Below are positions 7,509-16,200 of a DNA stretch of 49,193 nt, one piece after another (the stretch's first letter is position 1; each line of letters opens with the position of its first letter). A program made the translations under genes and the position numbers. This stretch comes from a virus. Lineage: Duplodnaviria; Caudoviricetes. Where the stretch lies: IMG/VR virus record IMGVR_UViG_3300028293_000009, positions 1 through 49,193 of that record; one strand, 5' to 3'. The notes beneath the pieces were generated by a model. That model was not told the origin of the DNA and searched no databases. It saw only the letters and a program-made list of their open reading frames with translations.

Positions 7509-7756
7509 GGGTGGCTCACGGCCGGTTCGACGGCAATGCGCTTGGCTTCCTCGAGACGCTTGATCTCTCGCGAGATGCCGACCTGGCGCAGAGCCTCGCG
7601 CTGGACGAGATCCGTGAGTCGGTTGATCTCGTCAGGGATCTGACCTGGATCCATCGAGCCCTGCAGGCCGTGTTCGGCCTTCGCGATGGTCACCTTGTCG
7701 GACCAGTTCTTCTCGCAGGTGACGCTGATCGACACCTGGACTTGGACGTTGTCCAT
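7505..7756 (-). CDS. hypothetical protein
   Basis: AGGAGG RBS. Confidence 0.7.
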   Translation of the reverse strand: MDNVQVQVSISVTCEKNWSDKVTIAKAEHGLQGSMDPGQIPDEINRLTDLVQREALRQVGISREIKRLEEAKRIAVEPAVSHP

Positions 7757-7766
7757 TCGGTTCCTC

Positions 7767-7871
7767 CTATTGAGTGGGACAGGATTTCAGAAGCAGTAAC
7801 AGCACGATTGCCGTGACCAAGAAGCGAACTCCCCAGTAGACGGAAGCGTGCCCAACTTCACGGATCTTCAT
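7767..7871 (-). CDS. small membrane peptide
   Basis: MKIREVGHASVYWGVRFLVTAIVLLLLLKSCPTQ. Confidence 0.45.
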   Translation of the reverse strand: MKIREVGHASVYWGVRFLVTAIVLLLLLKSCPTQ

Positions 7872-7912
7872 GCTACACAATGGGGCGAACACGACAGATC
7901 GTGTCCCGGCCC

Positions 7913-8263
7913 TCACCTCTTGAGCCAATCTGGCGGCTCGGGGATGTCGATGGTCTGCCCAGCCTTGGGGTGTGTGCAATCTGCCAGGAACTGGATCCTG
8001 CCGTCAGTAACGAAGGAGTGGCAGGTGAAGCCCGAGGCGCCGCCGCGCACGAGGATGCTGGGCCGGAAGGTGGGCAGATCCAGCGATCCGTTCCAGGTCC
8101 ACTTCGGACCGTCGAGGTTGCCACCAACGTTGACGGCGTGCGGCTCGTCGCAGCCAGGGCACCAGAACCAGACGGCGACCGTGCCTGTGTCGACGAGCGG
8201 CGAGTCAGGATCCTGCGGGTTGGACCGCTGAGAGATCGGGAAGCTCACTGCGCGCGTGGTCAC
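7913..8263 (-). CDS. DUF6527-like Zn-binding protein
   Basis: WFWCPGCDEPH...WTWNGSLDLPTFRPSILV...CHSFVTDGRIQFLADCTH; GTGA coupling. Confidence 0.75.
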   Translation of the reverse strand: MTTRAVSFPISQRSNPQDPDSPLVDTGTVAVWFWCPGCDEPHAVNVGGNLDGPKWTWNGSLDLPTFRPSILVRGGASGFTCHSFVTDGRIQFLADCTHPKAGQTIDIPEPPDWLKR

Positions 8264-8388
8264 TTCTTCCGGACCTTCACCTTGCCGGTGTGGAGCTCGC
8301 TCTTGAGCTTCTTCTTCTGCGACGGGCTGAGCGGTGAGTCGTTGCTGAGCAACAGGCCGACTTGCTTCTTCGACTTGGTCTTTGGCAT
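8260..8388 (-). CDS. small basic protein
   Basis: MPKTKSKKQVGLLLSNDSPLSPSQKKKLKSELHTGKVKVRKK; GAGGA RBS. Confidence 0.6.
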   Translation of the reverse strand: MPKTKSKKQVGLLLSNDSPLSPSQKKKLKSELHTGKVKVRKK

Positions 8389-8390
8389 GG

Positions 8391-8642
8391 TCACGGTCCT
8401 CTGTGTCTTGGTCTGACAGTTTGCAGGCCTCGACGATAGCGGGCCTGCCGGTGTCTGCGCCGCCAGCGCCGGCAGATGGTGCGTACCTGATCCACGAACT
8501 CGCGCGAGACGAGCCACAGGTCGCGGCCACAGACTTGGTTCATCGCGTGGAACAAGGCCGCGAACTGACTGGGGGAGCAGTGCAGTCCGTCGGGTTCGCC
8601 GTCCGCGATGATGTCGCTCAAACCGCTTCCGAAGATGTTCAC
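8391..8642 (-). CDS. hypothetical protein
   Basis: GTG start coupled to the upstream stop. Confidence 0.55.
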   Translation of the reverse strand: MNIFGSGLSDIIADGEPDGLHCSPSQFAALFHAMNQVCGRDLWLVSREFVDQVRTICRRWRRRHRQARYRRGLQTVRPRHRGP

Positions 8643-8899
8643 AGCTGCAGGGCCTTGTCGTGGTCGTCAGCGTGCTTGCGGATGAGCCGGCCGAGCTCGA
8701 CTTGGCTGTGCAGGTATTCGAATGCCTGGGGCAGCAGGTCGTCGCGCAGGATCGTGACGATGACGTTGACGTGCAGGTCGTGGTCGTCCAGTGGCCTCAC
8801 TGGCGCCGTGCTCACGAGCGGAGCCCATCGCGCAACGGAGCCGAGCGAGGCGGCAACGGCGGCGCCGGCGAGGCGCGCAAGGAAGCCGCGGCGGTTCAT
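8639..8899 (-). CDS. twin-arginine (Tat) signal-bearing small protein
   Basis: N-terminus MNRRGFLARLAGAAVAASLG matches RRxFL plus h-region. Confidence 0.7.
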   Translation of the reverse strand: MNRRGFLARLAGAAVAASLGSVARWAPLVSTAPVRPLDDHDLHVNVIVTILRDDLLPQAFEYLHSQVELGRLIRKHADDHDKALQL

Positions 8900-9159
8900 G
8901 GCAGGCCGGTCAGGTCAGAGACCTTGCACTGGAACAGGCGGCTCAACGCAAGCAGGGCCCGCAGGTCGGGTGTGATCTCGCCGCTGCACCAACGCATCGA
9001 GGTTCTCACCCCGCGCCTTGTGGCCTGCCCGACCTTCCGGTGACTGACACCGGCGGCGACGCGCCGCTCCGCGATCCTCTTTCGGATGCCGCGGAGCAGC
9101 GTACGCCATTCCGAGCTTGGAACTGTCGCCGGAAGAATCTTGGTGTCGGCCGTTGACAT
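8896..9159 (-). CDS. XRE-family HTH transcriptional regulator (Cro/repressor-like)
   Basis: RIAERRVAAGVSHRKVGQATRRGVRTSMRWCSGEITPDLRALLALSRLFQCKVSDL; first gene of the leftward operon at a divergent junction. Confidence 0.75.
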   Translation of the reverse strand: MSTADTKILPATVPSSEWRTLLRGIRKRIAERRVAAGVSHRKVGQATRRGVRTSMRWCSGEITPDLRALLALSRLFQCKVSDLTGLP

Positions 9160-9182
9160 AGCGCAGGATCTTGTCACATGCT
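9153..9182 (+). promoter_or_regulatory. putative sigma70 promoter of the recombination operon
   Basis: TTGACA-N18-CATGCT overlapping the HTH gene start. Confidence 0.4.
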
Positions 9183-9196
9183 CCGCCACCCTTCAA

Positions 9197-9263
9197 GGGC
9201 CCGCCTGCGGAACTCGACTCCTCCCGAGACGACCTCCTTGACCGGCGCAGGCGGGCTCTCTTT
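9197..9263 (+). ncRNA. stem-loop leader/sRNA with CU-rich (anti-SD-like) loops
   Basis: 13-bp stem 9197-9209/9246-9258 followed by TCTTT; inner hairpin CTCG-ACTCCTCC-CGAG and ACCTCCTT. Confidence 0.45.
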
Positions 9264-9287
9264 CAACCAGGAGGCACAGGAACACCG

Positions 9288-9638
9288 ATGGCCCGCAAGA
9301 ACGGCAAAGCGAAGACCCAGGACAGGCAATTCATGGATGCGAGCTCCGCGCCGACCGCGAAGCAGACGGACAAGAAGGCCAAGACCTTCATGGACAAGCA
9401 GGCGGACGAGGATCGCGACGACGCGAAGGCGACGCACTGCAACAAGGGGCTGAAGTCCTGCAAGGACCTGCTCGACCAGATGTCGAAGGCCGTCGCCCAC
9501 GGCATCGCCACCGAGCACGACGGGCAGAAGCGCGCGTGTCTCGCCGAGGTCGGCGACCTGGGCAACGCCGTGCGCGATACTGCGCGCCAGGCGGTGCGTG
9601 ACTCCAAGGTCGAGAAGCGCAACCTCCAGCCGAGCTGA
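9288..9638 (+). CDS. hypothetical protein
   Basis: AGGA RBS; MARKNGKAKTQDRQF... Confidence 0.7.
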   Translation: MARKNGKAKTQDRQFMDASSAPTAKQTDKKAKTFMDKQADEDRDDAKATHCNKGLKSCKDLLDQMSKAVAHGIATEHDGQKRACLAEVGDLGNAVRDTARQAVRDSKVEKRNLQPS

Positions 9639-9642
9639 TCCA

Positions 9643-10293
9643 ATGCGAGACGACGGGAACATCATCGTGTTGGACATCGAGACCCGCCCGGACCCGGCGA
9701 TCGCCGAAGACGTCACCTGGTGGGCAAAGCAGATGGAGTCGATCGAGCCGCACGGCAGCATCAAGGATCCGATCAAGCAGGAGGCCTACCGCCAGGAGCA
9801 GCTCGACAAGAAGCGCGCGAAGATGGCGCTCTCGCCGCTGACCGGCATCGTCGTGTGTGTCGGCTGGCAATTCTGGGCCGACGAGGAAGCGAGCGTCCTC
9901 GAGACCAAGGAGCAGACTCGCAGCGGCGAGAAGGACCTGCTGGAACGCTTCGCCGCCGCCATGCGGTCCGAGGATCCAACGCTCTGGGTCGGGTGGTATC
10001 TCCGCCGCTTCGACCTGCCATTCCTCGCAGCCCGCTGCATGGTCGTCAACGCCGAGATCCCGCACCTGCCAATGCCGCGGAACTGGCAGCGGGTCGTCGA
10101 CCTTGCCCAAGACCTCGACCTCGAAGGCTCTCTGAGCCAGTGGCAATACGTGCTCGGCGGCGGGTTCAAGGAGCACGACGGCGAGGAGCTCGCCGGCCTG
10201 ACCATCCCCGAGCTGGCCGAGCACTGCCGGCAAGACGTGACCTACACCGCGGAGATGGCGCGGCGCACGCGGTTCGTCTGGGGCGCGCGATGA
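9643..10293 (+). CDS. DEDD 3'-5' exonuclease (PolB-exo/RNase H-like)
   Basis: ExoI IVLDIET, ExoII VGWYLRRFDLPFL, ExoIII HCRQDVTYT; adjacent to RecT. Confidence 0.8.
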   Translation: MRDDGNIIVLDIETRPDPAIAEDVTWWAKQMESIEPHGSIKDPIKQEAYRQEQLDKKRAKMALSPLTGIVVCVGWQFWADEEASVLETKEQTRSGEKDLLERFAAAMRSEDPTLWVGWYLRRFDLPFLAARCMVVNAEIPHLPMPRNWQRVVDLAQDLDLEGSLSQWQYVLGGGFKEHDGEELAGLTIPELAEHCRQDVTYTAEMARRTRFVWGAR

Positions 10294-10514
10294 GTCCGAA
10301 GCTCTGTGAGCATGAGCAATGCCAGCGCCCAGCGCTCGATGGGCGTGAGTTGTGCAAGGAGTGCAGTTCGTCTGCACTTGGCAACGTACCGCCAGAGGCT
10401 CTGACGGAGATGGGGCTCGTTCGCGTTGTTTGGTGCAGGGAGTGTCTGACGCTGGACAAGGTCGTGCAGAGCGGCCGCGTCCACGAACAACAAGGAGGAG
10501 AACATGGCCGATGA
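10290..10514 (+). CDS. Cys-rich hypothetical protein
   Basis: CEHEQC, CKEC, CREC. Confidence 0.6.
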   Translation: MSPKLCEHEQCQRPALDGRELCKECSSSALGNVPPEALTEMGLVRVVWCRECLTLDKVVQSGRVHEQQGGEHGR

Positions 10515-11580
10515 AGTTCAACTGACGGGTCGTTCTGGCAAACCGTGGTCGCTAACGAGCTACGTCGCCACCACGGTGAAGTCGAACGTCATGAGTCTCC
10601 TGCCAGGCGGCGAGGCCGACTGGCCTGCGTTCGAGGTCGCTCTGCGCGCCGCGGTTCTCGCGAAGCCGGCGAAGGACGGCAAGCCCGGCCTCGCGGACGC
10701 GATCGCGCGCAACCCCGAGAGCGCCCTGGTCGGCATCGTGAAGTGCGCGCAGATCGGCCTGTCGCTCAACCCGATCCACGAGCACTTCGACTTGGTGCCG
10801 CGCGCCGGCGTCGTGCACGGCGAGGTTCGCGCGAAGGGCTGGCAGCACCTTGCCATGGCCAGCGGCGCCATCGAGTTCATCATCCACGACGTCGTCTACA
10901 AGCAGGAATACAACGCCAACGTCCCCTTCTTCGATCCGATCACGCGGATGCCGAACCACGTCGCAGCCGAGTTCGAGCGCGATAACTGGAAGGACGACGA
11001 CGTCATCGGGGCCTACTGCTGCGTGAAGCTGAAGGGCCAGGACCGCCTCGTCTCGAAGGCTCTGAGCCGCGGGCAGATCAACAAGCGCCGCGCGATGGCC
11101 CAGACGGACAACGTCTGGAAGACCTGGTTCAAGGAGATGTGCATCGCGAAGGCCGACAAGCACGCATTCAAGAGCCCCGACATTCCGAAGACGCCGGCGA
11201 TGGCCGAGGCCTTGCGCGGCGACGACGAGGACGACATCACGGCGCCGGCGCTGACTCCAACGAGGGCACCTTTGCTCGCGGCAGCGCCGACGCCGATTCA
11301 CTCTTCGCCGCCGAGGAAGACTGGCGGCCAGGTCATGTTCGACGCGCGCAGCGACGAGCCTCTGCCCACCGACGAACAGCATCGCCAGGACCTGCTGCGC
11401 GCGATCGACACGGAGTGCGTGAACCAGGACATCTCCTCGGACACGCTGCGCGAAATGGGCGTCAAGCTGATCGCGCTGCCCGACGACACACAGGACTTCG
11501 ACCAAGCCCTGCAGAGTTTCTCCAGCGGCGACCTGGAAAAGCTCCTCGACCACATGATCGCCAAGAGGAACCCGACGTGA
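10504..11580 (+). CDS. recT: RecT-family single-strand annealing protein
   Basis: PESALVGIVKCAQIGLSLNP..FDLVPR..KGWQHLA..VVY..IGAYC..W..WFKEMCIAK; AGGAGG RBS. Confidence 0.85.
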   Translation: MADEVQLTGRSGKPWSLTSYVATTVKSNVMSLLPGGEADWPAFEVALRAAVLAKPAKDGKPGLADAIARNPESALVGIVKCAQIGLSLNPIHEHFDLVPRAGVVHGEVRAKGWQHLAMASGAIEFIIHDVVYKQEYNANVPFFDPITRMPNHVAAEFERDNWKDDDVIGAYCCVKLKGQDRLVSKALSRGQINKRRAMAQTDNVWKTWFKEMCIAKADKHAFKSPDIPKTPAMAEALRGDDEDDITAPALTPTRAPLLAAAPTPIHSSPPRKTGGQVMFDARSDEPLPTDEQHRQDLLRAIDTECVNQDISSDTLREMGVKLIALPDDTQDFDQALQSFSSGDLEKLLDHMIAKRNPT

Positions 11581-11801
11581 AGCCAACCGACGCCGACCTG
11601 GAGAACCGTTTCCGCTACAAGCGTCCCACCGAGGCCACCATCCCGCTGCACGCGCAGGTGACCGAGTCCACGCTCGCGCTGGCCAAGCAGCTGCGCGATA
11701 TCTGCCCGGACGGGCGGAACCTGTCGCTCGCCCTCACCCACCTCGAAGACGTGCGCATGAGGGCGAACGCGGCGATCGCGTGCGACACGCCGGCGCCATG
11801 A
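11577..11801 (+). CDS. Acb2/Tad1-like cyclic-nucleotide sponge (anti-CBASS-type)
   Basis: DLENRFRYKRP...LAKQLRDICPDGRNLSLALTHLEDVRMRANAAIA matches the helical-hairpin signature (RxxSLAxTxLExxxMxANxAI). Confidence 0.7.
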   Translation: MKPTDADLENRFRYKRPTEATIPLHAQVTESTLALAKQLRDICPDGRNLSLALTHLEDVRMRANAAIACDTPAP

Positions 11802-12025
11802 AGCTCTTCCACGTCAAAGACTCCGATCGGCCGATGTTCGTTGTCGCCGCCGACTGGCAGGATGCTCTGCAGTTGTGGAAGGCGAAGATCGAGGAGGAGA
11901 ATCCTCGCCCGGAAGATGTGATGGCCTCGGACTGGGTCATCGAGGAACCACAGGGCATCGACTTCGTTGCTGGCGCCGACGACCTGCTAATCGCCCCGCG
12001 TTTCCTGAAGGCGGGCGACCCATGA
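11798..12025 (+). CDS. hypothetical protein
   Basis: ATGA coupling. Confidence 0.65.
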   Translation: MKLFHVKDSDRPMFVVAADWQDALQLWKAKIEEENPRPEDVMASDWVIEEPQGIDFVAGADDLLIAPRFLKAGDP

Positions 12026-12240
12026 AGAAGCGCGCACCATTGCCAGTGATCGGCGCGGAGGAGGTCCTCCGCGAGGCCGCACGACAGCTCTCCGAGAGTG
12101 CAGACGTGTTCTCTCAGGCGGACAAGATCGTCGAGGCGTCGAACAACGTCGAAGCGATCCAGGACGTCGAGGAGGCGATCCGCTACATGCAGGAGGCGAT
12201 CGCCTACTACCGCGGCTGCGTGAAGGCCTACCGCAAGTGA
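12022..12240 (+). CDS. hypothetical helical protein
   Basis: ATGA coupling. Confidence 0.65.
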   Translation: MKKRAPLPVIGAEEVLREAARQLSESADVFSQADKIVEASNNVEAIQDVEEAIRYMQEAIAYYRGCVKAYRK

Positions 12241-12632
12241 GCCCCACGCAACGAGCCCTCGCCGAGTGCCGCAAGCGCGGCTGGACCGCACAGGTCGTCG
12301 AGAAGTGGGTGGCGCCAGCGCGGCGCCGCATCGACCTGTTCGGTGTGATCGACCTGATCGTCCTCGACGGTCAGGGCGGCGGCCCGCTCGGCGTGCAGAT
12401 CACGAGCGGCCAGCATCACGGGGAGCGAATCACGAAGGCCCTCGAGGAACCACGCCTGAAGCTGTGGATGCAGTCGCCGGCCCGCTTCGAAGTCTGGTCG
12501 TTCGCGAAGAGGTCAATCAAGCTGGGCGGCCCGCGCAAGGTCTGGAAGCTGCGCCGCTCTGCTGCCAATCCCGAGGCGCCACACTGGGGCGTCGAGGAGA
12601 TCAACGTCCGCGATCTGGTGCCTCCTACGTGA
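12237..12632 (+). CDS. PD-(D/E)xK nuclease, Hjc-type Holliday junction resolvase-like
   Basis: SPTQRALAECRKRGW..VVEKW..RIDLFGVIDLIVL..GVQITS. Confidence 0.7.
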   Translation: MSPTQRALAECRKRGWTAQVVEKWVAPARRRIDLFGVIDLIVLDGQGGGPLGVQITSGQHHGERITKALEEPRLKLWMQSPARFEVWSFAKRSIKLGGPRKVWKLRRSAANPEAPHWGVEEINVRDLVPPT

Positions 12633-13288
12633 AGCCATACTTCCAAGCCGAACGAGTCACGATCTACCACGGCGACTGCCGCGAGATCCTTCCGAATCTC
12701 GACGCAGTCGACGCCGTGATCACCGATCCGGTCTGGCCCAACGTCCCCGACGGACTCCTGATCGGCTGGGAAGATCCTCGGGCCTTGCTGGCGAGCGCAC
12801 TCGCCGTGCTCGGAGAAGCCAAGAGGCTCGTCGTCGTGCTGCGCAGCGACAGCGACCCGAGATTCCTCTCGGCAGTCGGAGACCGCTGGCCCTTCGTGTG
12901 CGTGCAGGCGATGGCCTACGCCCTGCCGATGTATCTCGGGCGCGTGTTGGGCGGAACCGAACTCGCTTACTGCTTCGGTGAGCCTATCCCCTCCACTCCA
13001 GGCACGCGCGTGATCCCTATGTGGGGTCCGAAGGCGCAGAACCGCCACGACAACCGCCACAACGGGCATCCGTGTGCGAGGCACATTAGCCACATGAAGT
13101 TCCTCGTCAGTTGGTGGTCTGAGGCTGGCGGCACGGTCCTCGACCCGTTCATGGGGAGCGGCAGCACGCTGCGCGCGGCCATGGACCTTGGTCGGCGAGC
13201 CGTCGGCATCGAAGTCGAGGAGCGTTACTGCGAGATCGCAGCGCGGCGCATGGCGTGTGGTTCGCTTCCGCTCGACTTTCCGGACTAG
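12629..13288 (+). CDS. amino (N6-A/N4-C) DNA methyltransferase, beta class, with DPVW catalytic variant
   Basis: [46 protein letters not shown]. Confidence 0.85.
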   Translation: MKPYFQAERVTIYHGDCREILPNLDAVDAVITDPVWPNVPDGLLIGWEDPRALLASALAVLGEAKRLVVVLRSDSDPRFLSAVGDRWPFVCVQAMAYALPMYLGRVLGGTELAYCFGEPIPSTPGTRVIPMWGPKAQNRHDNRHNGHPCARHISHMKFLVSWWSEAGGTVLDPFMGSGSTLRAAMDLGRRAVGIEVEERYCEIAARRMACGSLPLDFPD

Positions 13289-16200
13289 CGACCGGGCGCC
13301 GCCCAGCGAACCATCGCGTTCTGATAAGAGCGCGTGAACAGGGCCTTGGTCTCCTTCGAGGTCCCCTTCAGTGCCTCGCGGAGCTCGCCGGAGTCGGAAT
13401 ACCACAGGCTCGCGATGAGTTCGAACCGCTTCCGGTTCATGTTCTCGGACGGGTCGTCGAGAGCTCGCGCCATCAGCCGGAACGCCGTGTCGCGGTCGTA
13501 GGCGTTGATGATGTTGCGCTCGTTGCTCGTCAGCACGAGGTTGGCTGTCGCCACCTTGTTCAGCCGCTTCGCCAGGGCCCGGGCCTCGCCGCGCGTCATC
13601 TCCTCGTCCTTGGCGTAGGACTCGAACGCCGTGCGGAAGTCCTGCCGGCTCTTCTGGGCGTCCTGCAGCAACTGCTCTGCGGTGGCCGGCTCGCGCGCGG
13701 TCGCGGCCTCGCGCTCGAGCGTCATGCCGTGGCGGATCGACTTCTCCATCTCGTAGCTGGCCGTCTTCGCTGAGGCCGCCTTCATCGCGTCGCGCATCGG
13801 GCCTAGAACGCTGTTCTGGATGCGCTCGATCGCCTGGTCAATGTCGGGCCCGAGCAGGTTCCATAGGATTCGGCCCACAGCCTCGCCCTTCACACGCGAC
13901 TGCGTCACGCCGGTCGCAGGGTTCTTGGTCAGGTAGAAGTTGGGGTCCGTCGGGTCCGGCACGCGACCGAAGATTTCGTTCGCCGCGCGGGCATACCAGA
14001 GGTTGCCGATCAGCGTCTTGTACCAGGCATCGCGAGCCTTCTTCGCGTCGCCCTGGAAGCTGGCGATGGCCGCCTCGTGCAGGTTGCCGAACTCCTCGAA
14101 CATCAGGGGAAGGCTCGTGCCGAACAGCGGCAGGATCGTCAGGTCGGGGATCGTGCCGATCGTGCGCGCCTTGCGCACCGCATACTCGCGCAAGACAGCC
14201 GGCGCGAACTCGGTGGCCAGGTCGACGGCCTTCTGCCTCCACTCCGGCAGCGTGCCCGCCGGATCCGCTGGATCTGCCGCCAGGTGCATCCAATGCTGCA
14301 GCTTGTGCGAGGTCCACGTCGCCATCGGGCCGAGCAGGGGGACGTCGGAGAGCGCGCCTCCGATCCAGCGCGTGTAGTCCTTGCCGCCGAGGATGCCGAG
14401 CTGCTGCATCGCGTAGGCATACATGCCGAAGTAAGCGAGACGGCCGATCCCTTTGGCGCCGTGGTGGAAGAACTGGCGCCAGTTGCTCGAACTGACCTGG
14501 GCCCACCAGCTGTAGAGCGGCTTCGTCAGTCGGCCGAGCCAGGTCTGGAAGAACTCGCTCTGTGCCAGGCGGCTACCGATGTTGCCCTGCGCGATCGCGT
14601 AGTGCATGGCGACCTTCTGCGCCTCTGCGTCCGTGGCGCCGGCGCGCCGCTGCGACATGTAGGAGCCGAGAAGCGTCTGCATCATGCCGTGCTCCTGCGC
14701 GATGCGGCGCACGTACCAGGAGAGCTTGTCGGCCGTCGTCACGCCCTTCGAGAATGCCTCTTTGGCGAACTCGTGCGCTTCGGCCCCGGTCTTTGGCATC
14801 TGCAGGTGCAGCGACTTGCCGTACCGATACTCGCGCGCCCCCTCGGTCAGATGCCCCATGGTCGACTCGCCGCTGAGGAACGAGCCGTAGGCAAACTGGA
14901 AGGCGTCGTCGAGCATCTCGCGCTCCGCCCGCTTCTTCGGGCTGAGCTTCACCAGCTTCTCCGGAGGCGTGCGCAGGCCTGCCAGGACGCTTTCCGCCCG
15001 CGCCGTCGTCTTGCCGTCGATGACGCGTAGCGTGTGCTCGCGGAGCCACCTGGCCGGATCTTCGCGCAGCTTCGCCTGGGCCCGCGCCAGGCGGATGGCG
15101 AACTCGTTGGCGAACGCGCTGGCCTCGAACGCGTTCTCGATTCCCATGCCCCCGAAGGTCGCGTTGCTCAAGGTGGTCTGCGTGATCTCCATCACGGCCG
15201 AGCCGGGGTTGGCCAAGCCAAGGATCTTGTGTCGGATCAGGGAGGCGACGCCGGTCGCGAACCGGTCCATCTTGCCGAGCACGTTGCGGCCGGTGAGCGT
15301 GCGCAGGATGTCGTCGACGTAGTCCTGGAACTCGCGCGCTCCCTCCTTGCCCTGCTCTTCGAAGATCGCCCGCATCTTGCCGCCCTTGCGGTAGGCGACG
15401 CGGCCGACGGCCTCGGACTGGAACATGACCTCGCGGAAGTGCTTCGGGAGAAGCACCTGCTTCGTGACGGGGTCCTCGCCTGGATCCAGCGACTCACCTT
15501 CGGCCAGCTCCGGCAACTGGTGCTCCACGGCGCCCGCCCGCGGCGGCTGCTCCGGGTTCACGGCCTCCTCGCGCGAGCCGAGGATCAGGATCTTGGGCTG
15601 GAAGGGCTTGTCGACGATCTTCCAACCTCCGTCGCCCCTCTCCACGGCCGCGGCCTCGCGCTCCTCGCGGGTGCCGATCAGCACGCGCGGGTCCAGGAGC
15701 TCGGCCTTCTTGCGGTCGGCAACCGTTCGGAAGTAGGCCGTCTTCTGCGGGCCGCCCTTGCCCTTCTCGAATGTGAGCTCGTAGAGCTTGCCTCCGAGCC
15801 TCTTCTTCAGGTGCGCTCGCGTCGCCGGCGACTCCTCGTCCGTCATCCACTCGACCTCGCGGCCGCCGTGCTCGAGCTCGCCGGCGCGCAGCTCCTCGGC
15901 CGTGACGACCTCCTGGCTGCCATAGAGCCGATCCATGTTGTTCTCCAGCCACTCGCTGGCCGGCACGAGACGGTAGAGTTCGCGCACGTAGTGGAAGAAC
16001 GACCGTAGAGCCGACGGGTCGCGGTTGCCGGCGGCCTCGAGCGCATTGGCGCGGCGCAGCCAGTGGCCACCGCGCAGCTGCCTGGGGTAGGGGCTGTGGA
16101 TGTGGTCGCGCACCATCTGCGGCAGGTCGTCGGCCATGCGTTCGAGCTGCTCGCGCGCCGTCTGCGGATCGGGCATCGGCATCTCGGCCTCCTCGGTGAG

